DNA from: Macrostomum lignano
Taxonomy: Eukaryota
DNA: 64,000 bases
Direction of reading: 5' to 3'
Assembly (NCBI GenBank): GCA_002269645.1
Contig: NIVC01001777.1
Coordinates: 91,429 to 155,428 of the forward strand
In this document: positions 1 through 9,058 of the stretch, piece by piece
Layout: the number at the start of each line of letters is the position of its first letter
Position numbering within the stretch: position 1 is the first letter of the stretch
Program-made: the position numbers and the translations under genes
The notes under the pieces: generated by a model
What the model saw: only the letters and a program-made list of their open reading frames with translations
What the model was told of the DNA's origin: nothing
The model's database searches: none

Positions 1-447
1 AACTGAAAAGATGTTTCGGCACCCGCCACCAAGACTCGCAAATGAAAACAATGAAAATGCGCAAGACCGCAAACTGAAATAAGTTACCACTAAACATCAA
101 AAAATATAAAAATTTGCAACTCAGCTTAAACTCGCAATTTTAATAAAGTCGAAAATGGTTGACAGAAAAAACCCATCACCGTAACTTAACAGAAACTTCA
201 AACAGCTCAAACTCAAAGGAAAAACAAATGCGCCAACTGCGCTCCAAAAAAATCTGATCCCAAAAAAAACCATGAACAAAAACAGACACAACCAATAATC
301 AAAAAGGCAACGGCTTGAAAAGCCCAAAACTGGCAGAAAGCCTACTGAACGCACACGATACAGTACAAACAATTTGAAAACTCAGCGTAAACTCGGAAAA
401 GTCCGGAAAAGAAAACAAACAGTTCTTAAGCAAATGATCAACTCCTC

Positions 448-1983
448 TCACTCGAGATAGCACAGTTTGCTCACAGGCCGCACGAATACCGTCCCACCGA
501 CCTGGACCTTGGCCACCCGGACTCGATTGTCTGAACCTGGGTAGACTTCGACTACTCGTCCCAACGGCCAGTGTCCCCGCGGTGAGTCTGCTTTGATGAC
601 GAGAACGACATCACCTGGCTGTAAATCACGCTGCGGTCCCGCCCACTTGGCTCTCGGCTGCAACCCTGGCAGCCATTCGCGCATCCAGCGTCGCCAGACG
701 TGCCTCACGAGTTCTTGGACGCGCCGCCACCGCCGCCTCGGGTCAGCCGCGACGTCGTCGGGCACATCCGGCGCGAATTGTCCACCAGCTTGACCGTGCA
801 GGAAATGGTTTGGCGTTAGTGGCTCTTCGTCTCTCGGATTCGCCGATTGATAGGTGATGGGGCGCGAGTTGATAAGCGCCTCCGCTCCAGTGATCGCTGA
901 CTGAAGCTCCTCGTCGGTGACATCTGCGCTGCCCAGAATCGCGTGTAGCGCTCGCTTCGCAGCCCGAATCATCACCTCGTGGGCTCCACCAAAGTGCGGG
1001 GCGGCTGGCGGCTGGAAGTTCCACTTGACTCGCTGCTTGGATGTCTCGCGACTGATCCTTGTCCTGTCCAGCTCCTCCAGAAGTCGCAGTTCATCTGCAC
1101 CTTTTACAAAGTTGCCACCGTTGTCAGAATACATAGCCTTGGGTAAGCCACGCCTGTTCACCATTCGGTAGAAGGCGTTCAAGAAAGAGTCCGCGTCAAG
1201 GCTGTAGGTCATCTCGAGGTGTACCGCTCGCGTCTCGAGGCATGTGAACAGCGCCAAATAGCGTTTCTGCCTCTTCTTAAATCGGCCTTGAATAGTGACG
1301 AACGGCCCTCCCATGTCGACGGCTACGTTCGTGAAGGCTTTTAAGGATCCTGCGACACGGGCATCAGGCAGTGGCGCCATCTGTTGTACGATGGGACGAG
1401 CTTTCTCTCTCTTGCACACAGCGCATTCAACCTCCCACTCGCGAATAGCTTCCCGAGCACAGATAACCCAATACTTGGCTGACAGCGCCGCCAGAGTTTG
1501 GTTAGTCCCACCATGGCTCTGCTGCTCGTGATATTGTTTGATGATCAGCTTGGTGATCCAATGCTTCCGCGGCAAAATAGATGGATGTCTTGCTGCAAAT
1601 GGCGCCTGTGGCCTGAATTTCAACCGGCCATCCACTCGTAGGACTCCTGCTGCATCACGTACCGGCTGCAAGCACCGCAGCTTCTTCTCGTTCACTGTAT
1701 CCGTCTTGAACGCTTCCTCCTGAGCTAACCTTACCAAACGCTCCTCGACCTCCTCGAGCTCATCCACCAACAGCTCACCGCCGCTCCGCTGATACTTCTC
1801 CGTCTGACAGTTCCGAATGAACCGCAACACCCAAGCGAAGACGCGCTGCAGTCGATGGAAACTAGAGAATCGCTCTGGTTTGAGTCGCCAGCCTGTCTTG
1901 TCTTCTTCATCGGTGGTGACCAGACATACGGGCTCTGCACAACGCTTCTGGATGCTTGCTAGCCTCTTCGACGGGTATTCGCC
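448..1983 (-). CDS. BEL/Pao integrase (HHCC, DDE core, C-terminal DUF5641-type domain), after frameshift 2
   Basis: Frame open from 1983 (ERFSSFHRLQRVFAWVLRF). Motifs: HEQQSHGG...CAVC, VDMGGP, SDNGGNF, GGAHE, NSRPIT, WRRWMREWLPGL, WPLGRV. Confidence 0.95.
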   Translation of the reverse strand, partial: GEYPSKRLASIQKRCAEPVCLVTTDEEDKTGWRLKPERFSSFHRLQRVFAWVLRFIRNCQTEKYQRSGGELLVDELEEVEERLVRLAQEEAFKTDTVNEKKLRCLQPVRDAAGVLRVDGRLKFRPQAPFAARHPSILPRKHWITKLIIKQYHEQQSHGGTNQTLAALSAKYWVICAREAIREWEVECAVCKREKARPIVQQMAPLPDARVAGSLKAFTNVAVDMGGPFVTIQGRFKKRQKRYLALFTCLETRAVHLEMTYSLDADSFLNAFYRMVNRRGLPKAMYSDNGGNFVKGADELRLLEELDRTRISRETSKQRVKWNFQPPAAPHFGGAHEVMIRAAKRALHAILGSADVTDEELQSAITGAEALINSRPITYQSANPRDEEPLTPNHFLHGQAGGQFAPDVPDDVAADPRRRWRRVQELVRHVWRRWMREWLPGLQPRAKWAGPQRDLQPGDVVLVIKADSPRGHWPLGRVVEVYPGSDNRVRVAKVQVGGTVFVRPVSKLCYLE

Positions 1984-4826
1984 TCAGTAGTTTCTGGCGC
2001 AACTGGAATCGGCATTTCTGGCCAATCGTTTGAGCACCTCGCCAAGAATCCAGGGCCGTTCCACCACAGCTCGTTGTCCATCAGCTCTTGCACACTGCAG
2101 CCACGGGATGCCACATCCGCTGGATTCAGACCTGTTGGAACGTACCGCCATTGATTTGGCTGCACCTGCTGCTGGATGAAGGCGACTCGGTTCGCAACGA
2201 AAGGCTTGAACGCTCTACTCTGCCTGCGAATCCACCAAAGCACATTGTGACTGTCACTCCAAAACACCACAGACTCAATCGCGATCTCCAACGCCTCGGC
2301 CACTGCCCTTGCGAGCCGAAGTCCTAGGACTGCCGCCATCAACTCCAGTCGAGGGATGCTCACCGCCATCAATGGTGCTACCTTAGCCTTTGCAGCAACG
2401 AAACGGACCGTCGTCTTACTCATCGTTTCGCTCCGCAGATATACGACGGCTCCGTAGGCCTCTTGCGATGCGTCTACAAACGAGTGAAGTTCGATGGATC
2501 CGTTGTCTGGACGCAGACACCGAGGCACGGCTAGTCTCGTAGCTTTGGAGAGCTCACTGGTCCACTGAAACGCTTGATCAGCCAACTCAGGATCCAACGC
2601 TTCATCCCACCCAACACCTTGTTGCCATGCCAACTGCAGCATTATCTTTCCTGTGATAACTACCGGAGCTAGGAAGCCACAGGGGTCAAACACCTCGGCC
2701 ACACAGCGCAAAAGCAGTCTCTTTGTCATCATCTTGCCGCTAGCATTCGACTCGCTGATGGAAATTCCTAGGACGTCCTCTTTCGCATTCCAATTCACTC
2801 CAAGCGCCTTAGCGGTTCGGGCCTCACCTTTCAATAGCAACTCGGCGCGTTCTGCGCGGTCCTCGACTGGAACGTGTTGCAGCACTTCTAACGAATTCGA
2901 CATCCATTTGCAAGCTCGCATCCCTGCCTTGCTCCATAATTCTACGAGTTGTTGGAAGAGTTTCACCGCTTGGCCAACGGTTTCTACGGAGTCTAGACTG
3001 TCGTCCATATAAGTGGAATGCAGCACGGTGTTGGCCGCCAGCGGCAGCTGTTGCTGATAGTGTCGCGCATTCTCCTGTGCCACAAACTGAGCCAGAAACG
3101 GAGAGCAGTTTACGCCAAATACCACACTGCAGAACTCATAGCTCTTCGGCGTTTGCTTCAAGTCTAAGTCTCGCCACAGAAATCGGAAAAATCTTCTGTC
3201 CTCCGGCGCAATTCGAACTCTCAGATACATCTCCTCGATGTCGGCTGCTAGCGCCACGGGATGCTTCCGGAACCGTAGGAGCACCTTTAGCAAATCCTGC
3301 TGCAACTTCGGTCCCGTATGAATGGTGTCATTTAGGCAGACCCCATTGCTCCGAGCCGCTGCATCAAACACAATTCGAACTTTGGTCGTCTCCTTATCGG
3401 CCCGCACTATCGCGAAATGCGGCAAGAACCACTGGCCAGCCTGACTTGGCTCGCTGATGCCGACCTCCCGCACATAGCCTTTTGCCAGATGCTTGTCTAT
3501 CACAGCCTGGTACGCCTTCGCTAGCTCCGGGTTCTTCAGCAAGCGCTTTTCTGTGCTGACGAGACGCTGTAGGGCAGCTTCGTTGTTCATAGGTAGTTCT
3601 TCCGGATTCTTTTTCCAAGGAATCGCCACTTGAAACCTGCCGTTCTCCATCTTCAAGGATGCTCGTGTCGCTTCTACGATCTTTTGATCTTCAGCGGACA
3701 TTCTGGCCTGCTGTCCTCCATCTGGCACTTCATCGATCTCCCACATCTTCCGCAGAAGATCAGATGCCTCGTTCTCCGCCGTCACCGTAAAGAATGTCTG
3801 CTGCTGCTGCTCTTCTGCAGTTCCTACTTGATTCACTGGTCCAACGCAGGTCCACCCAATTGGCGTCAGTCTGGCAATCGGCTCTCCAGGTTGCCCACCT
3901 ACTTCGCGACAGGCAAAGTGCAAGTCTGCATTGTCCACACCAATGAGCATATCCACAGTCTGCTTCCCTTTAATTTTGTCGAACGGCACGCCCCTCAGAT
4001 GAGCCCAACGCTTTGCAAGCTGGCTCCAATCTACGGCTTCCATCCCACCGGTCACTTTCTCAGTTGTGTGGGCCGTAACTGTGGCACGAAAGGCGCCGTC
4101 CAGACTGCGGATGTCGACCTCAACCGGAACCGTCTGAAAGGTGCTCACCTGGCCGTTCAGAACCTTTACCGTCATCGGTTCGAGGTTGCCTTCCAAGCCG
4201 AGTTCCGCTGCAACGTCAGAGTTCAGGTACGACCGGGTGCTAGCGTCGTCCAGCAAGACATTCACTCGGACTTCCCGACCGCCGTTGGATAAAATCACGG
4301 GCACAGTCCTCAGCGCTATTGACGGCGATGTTCTGGCCAGTAAAGTGCATGCCTCTTGCGGCTCTTGAACTGTGCTCTTCTTCTCCTGGAAGGACTTTGG
4401 TCTTTCGATCGTTTTGGGCGACCCCCCTTCATGCGGATTCGCCGTTGTCGCCGCCGGCCCTCGTTGATGCAGCAGCCGATTATGGTTTGCTTTGCAGCCA
4501 TCAACACCGCACACTCTCGCTCGCTTGCACGCACCGGCTAGATGGTTTGCTCCCAAGCAGCAGAAGCACAGGCGCTTGTCACGAACCATCGCCCATCTGG
4601 CTCCAGGTTCCATTCGTTGAAACCTTGGGCAGCTCCAAACTCCGTGCTGTTCTCCGCAGAGACCACAACCTTTTCGCCCTTCCGCCTGTTCTTTGTTTTG
4701 GCTATTCGAATCATTCGTCTTCACAAAAAACGAGCGTGCTGTGGCTGCCCCTCGGGAAACAGTTTTCTTGGCTTTTACACTGTCGTGCCGTCCGGTCTCA
4801 CCGGAGAAGCCACGCCTCTTACCGCC
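1959..4826 (-). CDS. BEL/Pao Zn knuckles, aspartic protease, reverse transcriptase and RNase H
   Basis: Frame open from 4826. Motifs: CGLCGEQHGVWSC, CFCCLGANHLAGAC, CGVDGCKANH, LLDDASTRSY (protease), LAADIEEMY and YMDD (RT), HSFVDASQEAYG and IPRLELMAA (RNase H). Confidence 0.95.
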   Translation of the reverse strand, partial: GGKRRGFSGETGRHDSVKAKKTVSRGAATARSFFVKTNDSNSQNKEQAEGRKGCGLCGEQHGVWSCPRFQRMEPGARWAMVRDKRLCFCCLGANHLAGACKRARVCGVDGCKANHNRLLHQRGPAATTANPHEGGSPKTIERPKSFQEKKSTVQEPQEACTLLARTSPSIALRTVPVILSNGGREVRVNVLLDDASTRSYLNSDVAAELGLEGNLEPMTVKVLNGQVSTFQTVPVEVDIRSLDGAFRATVTAHTTEKVTGGMEAVDWSQLAKRWAHLRGVPFDKIKGKQTVDMLIGVDNADLHFACREVGGQPGEPIARLTPIGWTCVGPVNQVGTAEEQQQQTFFTVTAENEASDLLRKMWEIDEVPDGGQQARMSAEDQKIVEATRASLKMENGRFQVAIPWKKNPEELPMNNEAALQRLVSTEKRLLKNPELAKAYQAVIDKHLAKGYVREVGISEPSQAGQWFLPHFAIVRADKETTKVRIVFDAAARSNGVCLNDTIHTGPKLQQDLLKVLLRFRKHPVALAADIEEMYLRVRIAPEDRRFFRFLWRDLDLKQTPKSYEFCSVVFGVNCSPFLAQFVAQENARHYQQQLPLAANTVLHSTYMDDSLDSVETVGQAVKLFQQLVELWSKAGMRACKWMSNSLEVLQHVPVEDRAERAELLLKGEARTAKALGVNWNAKEDVLGISISESNASGKMMTKRLLLRCVAEVFDPCGFLAPVVITGKIMLQLAWQQGVGWDEALDPELADQAFQWTSELSKATRLAVPRCLRPDNGSIELHSFVDASQEAYGAVVYLRSETMSKTTVRFVAAKAKVAPLMAVSIPRLELMAAVLGLRLARAVAEALEIAIESVVFWSDSHNVLWWIRRQSRAFKPFVANRVAFIQQQVQPNQWRYVPTGLNPADVASRGCSVQELMDNELWWNGPGFLARCSNDWPEMPIPVAPETTEANTRRRG

Positions 4827-6271
4827 TCACACGCTACTGTCATGTACTCTGCCTCCGTCAGAAGCCATCGATGCAACGTTCTGAGCGAATCTTCTTTCCT
4901 AGCTTCTCCGATCCACCGATGAAAACGAGCTAGGGTTTCGGTTGGCAGCTTCTTTTGCACTCTCAAGTACATAAGTCCATTGTTGCTTAGCTCACTCTCT
5001 CGCCCTGCAGCCTGTAGATTAACTACCGTAACATCCAGCAAGTCGGCCAGCTTTTTTAATTGACTTGCATTCTCTATCTGAATAGGTTGGAAACTATCCA
5101 AGTCCTCCAGTGCCAGCATCAGTCTTCGTCTCTCTCCACCATACTCCCGCTCAAGCCTTTCCAGAGCCGCTTTGTAGGCGAACTCCGAGTAGCCAAGATT
5201 CGCAACAAGTTTTAATGCCTCTCCTCGCAGCGACTGGCGCAATTGCAACAACTTATAGGCTTCTGAAGATGGCGAGGCATGCACGCAGGCATAGAAAGCC
5301 GCCCGCCATCCTTCAAACTCCCGTTTGTCTCCACTAAACACCGGTATCGCAACTCTCTGCAACTGCCTCCACATATCCTGACCGATTCTTTCCTCAGCCC
5401 AAGCTTTCGCTGTACATTCTGCTGCGGCGGCCGGTGAAGCCCCAATTGGCGAATTAGCTCCACCGTACATAGCTTGGATACCTAGCTGTCCGCGGGGTTG
5501 GTTAGAATCAGCGTGGTCACACTTGCCGCCAGTTGGGGTGGGTGGTATTGATTTTTCTCCGGCCTTTACTCTCTCACCCCCTTGCTCAGCGCTCCTTAGT
5601 TGATCTGACACTCCCCCAATTAAGGGGTTGACTGAAGGGTCGGCTTGAACCATGGGGTTGGCGACTGGTACTGAGTACGCAGCTTGCGATTGGACGGCCG
5701 CTTCTACCCGTAGTTGAGAGGAGTACAATTGATCATTTGCACTCGCTGACGTCTCTGCCAGTCTTAGCGCATCCAATCTGACATCTAACTCGCGCTGCCT
5801 CTCTGCAAACTCCTGCTGCATTCTGCGCTCCTCCTCCTCCATCTCTATCCGCTGCCGCCTGACTGCCTCCAACTCCTTCTGTCGCATCTCTTTCTGCTCG
5901 ATCTCCCTCGACTCTAGTCGTACCTCTCGTTCCCTCTTGCGCAATTCTCTCAGCAAATTTACAATCTCACCGTACTCAGTCTCCAGCTTCTCCAACTCCT
6001 TTACTGTCTGGACTTGCACTGGTAGATTCCCGACGACCTCGGGCAGAATCGCTTGTAGCACCGCACTAACTCGCTCGTAGTGGTCATCCAGAGTGCCGGC
6101 CAGCGGTTCCACGTCCGCTAAAGTAGCTCCGTCCGAGCCCAATACCTTCAGTAGACGATTCCGTTGCTTCGTGAACGCGCACTTGTCGACCGCTTTTCTG
6201 GCCTTCAGCGAAATGAGACGGCTGTCTCCCTCCGGCACTTGTTCTTGCATCTCTGCTTCTTCATCAGACAT
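4775..6271 (-). CDS. BEL/Pao Gag (coiled-coil N-terminus plus DUF1759-type capsid region), ending at frameshift 1
   Basis: 498-aa ORF with IPVFSGDKREFEGWRAAF...KLLQLRQSLRGEALKLV...YKAALERLEREYG, typical of Pao gag. Confidence 0.9.
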   Translation of the reverse strand: MSDEEAEMQEQVPEGDSRLISLKARKAVDKCAFTKQRNRLLKVLGSDGATLADVEPLAGTLDDHYERVSAVLQAILPEVVGNLPVQVQTVKELEKLETEYGEIVNLLRELRKREREVRLESREIEQKEMRQKELEAVRRQRIEMEEEERRMQQEFAERQRELDVRLDALRLAETSASANDQLYSSQLRVEAAVQSQAAYSVPVANPMVQADPSVNPLIGGVSDQLRSAEQGGERVKAGEKSIPPTPTGGKCDHADSNQPRGQLGIQAMYGGANSPIGASPAAAAECTAKAWAEERIGQDMWRQLQRVAIPVFSGDKREFEGWRAAFYACVHASPSSEAYKLLQLRQSLRGEALKLVANLGYSEFAYKAALERLEREYGGERRRLMLALEDLDSFQPIQIENASQLKKLADLLDVTVVNLQAAGRESELSNNGLMYLRVQKKLPTETLARFHRWIGEARKEDSLRTLHRWLLTEAEYMTVACEAVRGVASPVRPDGTTV

Positions 6272-6325
6272 TTTTTACCAATGAAGTAGAACCACAAGTA
6301 GAACCACAAGTAGAACCACAAGTAG

Positions 6326-6343
6326 AACCACGCTCTGCTACCA
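6326..6343 (-). promoter_or_regulatory. Primer-binding site complementary to the 3' end of initiator tRNA-Met
   Basis: TGGTAGCAGAGCGTGGTT, 2 nt after the LTR-terminal CA. It matches the tRNA-iMet 3'-end pattern (...AACCnnnCTCTGCTACCA). Confidence 0.85.
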
Positions 6344-6345
6344 GA

Positions 6346-6615
6346 TGTTTTGATGGTTCATTCAATAAATTGAGTCTTCGCAGTAAGCGACTATTTTTCG
6401 GCTACTAGCCAACCGAACAAAACAACCAGCGTGCGCACTCTCTCTGGAGAGGCTGATAACTATATATTGCAATAATTTTAAATAAATGGGGTGGGTGCTG
6501 CTGAACATTATAAATGGGGGCTGGGGCTGAAACGTACGTATCAAAATCTCTGCTATGAAAGTTACGCGTAGGTGAATGAAAAGTACACTCGTACATGTAA
6601 GCCAACTCCTAAACA
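6346..6615 (-). repeat. 5' LTR (270 bp) of the BEL/Pao element
   Basis: Minus strand starts TGTTT and ends AAACA (inverted termini), followed by TC and the PBS. The outer edge abuts a 35-bp minisatellite at AATGT (candidate 5-bp TSD). TATATA at 6467-6462. The second LTR is not available to confirm the outer boundary. Confidence 0.75.
6359..6393 (-). other. Spliced-leader (SL) exon-like sequence embedded in the LTR
   Basis: Minus strand reads TAGTCGCTTACTGCGAAGACTCAATTTATTGAATG. The Macrostomum lignano SL as recalled is CGGTCTCTTACTGCGAAGACTCAATTTATTGCATG: 31/35 identical, 25 contiguous. No GT donor or SL-RNA intron part follows, so this is not an SL RNA gene. Confidence 0.85.
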
Positions 6616-7173
6616 AATGTGGTGTATTGGGGCAGGTTGTTGAGTAGCTTAATGAGGTGTATTGGGTCAGGTTGTTGAGTAGCTTAATGAGGTGTATTGG
6701 GTCAGGTTGTTGAGTAGCTTAATGTGGTGTATTGGGTCAGGTTGTTGAGTGGCTTAATGAGGTGTATTGGGTCAGGTTGTTGAGTAGCTTAATGTGGTGT
6801 ATTGGGTCAGGTTGTTGAGTAGCTTAATGTGGTGTATTGGGTCAGGTTGTTGAGTGGCTTAATGAGGTGTATTGGGTCAGGTTGTTGAGTAGCTTAATGA
6901 GGTGTATTGGGTCAGGTTGTTGAGTAGCTTAATGAGGTGTATTGGGTCAGGTTGTTGAGTAGCTTAATGAGGTGTATTGGGTCAGGTTGTTGAGTAGCTT
7001 AATGAGGTGTATTGGGTCAGGTTGTTGAGTAGCTTAATGAGGTGTATTGGGTCAGGTTGTTGAGTAGCTTAATGTGGTGTATTGGGTCAGGTTGTTGAGT
7101 AGCTTAATGTGGTGTATTGGGTCAGGTTGTTGAGTAGCTTAGTGTGGTGTATTGGGTCAGGTTGTTGAGTAGC
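6616..7173. repeat. 35-bp minisatellite, ~16 copies
   Basis: Unit AATGAGGTGTATTGGGTCAGGTTGTTGAGTAGCTT. Confidence 0.95.
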
Positions 7174-7841
7174 TGGATAGTGTTTAAGCCAGAAAAGATT
7201 TTCCATCAGGTCTCAGGGGCAATTTCAGATTGTTAATACAAGGACCACTAGAAGTTGCCGTTGAATCAGGACGCAACACTCGTAAATATTGCTAAATTAT
7301 TTGAAGGCGCGCTTGCTTACTTGTATTTAGCGATGCTTGCCTTCAAAAAAGCATTCTACTCGACTGTTTTAAAGAAGGCTGCTTTACATTTGAGGCTCAG
7401 AAGCTCCAGAATAGGTGTATTTATAATTTATTAAGGCTTTAATCTGTTAAACTTCTACTGGTCCTTGTGTCAATATTTCCAAGCAAGTTAGCAACAATCA
7501 GGCTTATTCAATATTCAGCTTATTAGAATGCGAGCAAGCAAAGCGAATTAATGTTTTTAGAAATCATGCACTTATAAAGTATACCTAGGCTTTTACTGGC
7601 GTTATGATTCTATTTGGTTAGCATCAGCAAAAAGCGTCTTTAGCAATAGCAAATGCAGCAAATTATCCATCAATGAGTAGGTAAGTTCCGGTTGTTGTGT
7701 TTGCTTTGCTGATTAGAACTACAAAGCAGGCCTTCATCTAACTCTGCGCACTTACAACATTCGACTCTTTCCATTAACGGATTCGCAAAGCCTGCAAATA
7801 TGATCGATTGTTTTAAATGCGCTCGTACTACTGGGTTTAAG

Positions 7842-8411
<570 letters not shown>

Positions 8412-8514
8412 CAGCACAGACATAGACACAGTGAAAAAAGTGTCAAGATGAAATTCTGTTGGAAACAATCGATGACGGGCTGAGTACTCAACAAACAGTA
8501 GATTGATAACTCAC

Positions 8515-8708
8515 AATGGGAATGCGATGTCGTTAATTGCCGACGAATGGCAGGTGTTAACCAGGGTGTGACTAAAATCGGCCAAGTTGAACTTGTATAT
8601 CTGGCTCTTCTCTGTTGATGCGTAGAACTCGTGACCTTTGCCGCGGAGGGACAGACTGGAGACACCGCTGTCCAGCTTCTGCTGCTGCCTGCGGACGGTG
8701 CGGTGCTG

Positions 8709-8761
<53 letters not shown>

Positions 8762-8788
8762 GCCTGTCCTAGTGTCTGTCTGTCCTTG

Positions 8789-8887
<99 letters not shown>

Positions 8888-8930
8888 GTGTCTGTCTTAG
8901 TGTCTGTCTGTCTGTGTGTCTGTCTTAGTT

Positions 8931-8961
<31 letters not shown>

Positions 8962-8993
8962 TAGTGTCTGTCTGTCTGTCTGTCTGTTCTTAG

Positions 8994-9058
<65 letters not shown>

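Larger units (their letters stand above)
1..6615 (-). mobile_element. BEL/Pao LTR retrotransposon (3' LTR outside window), inserted in sense orientation in a CFAP52 intron
   Basis: Order on the minus strand: LTR (6615-6346), 2-nt spacer, PBS (6343-6326), gag, Zn knuckles, protease, RT, RNase H, integrase. This domain order and the motifs are those of BEL/Pao. Bases 1-447 are a T-rich 3' region with no match to the 5' LTR. Confidence 0.95.

Noticed and set aside
1-447. 3' LTR directly after the integrase stop (GAGAGGAG as a PPT)
   Set aside because: The sequence does not match 6346-6615 beyond an 8-nt coincidence; treated as 3' UTR.
4775-4826. Programmed -1 ribosomal frameshift
   Set aside because: No slippery heptamer, and BEL/Pao elements normally use a single ORF.
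593-4933. Plus-strand and alternate-frame ORFs within the retrotransposon
   Set aside because: Shadow ORFs of GC-rich coding sequence with no recognisable motifs.
7170-7290. Peptide RPDGKSFLA as CFAP52 exon 7
   Set aside because: It resembles RDGKSII only locally, lacks the ELFATC/IRVW motifs, and ends in a stop.
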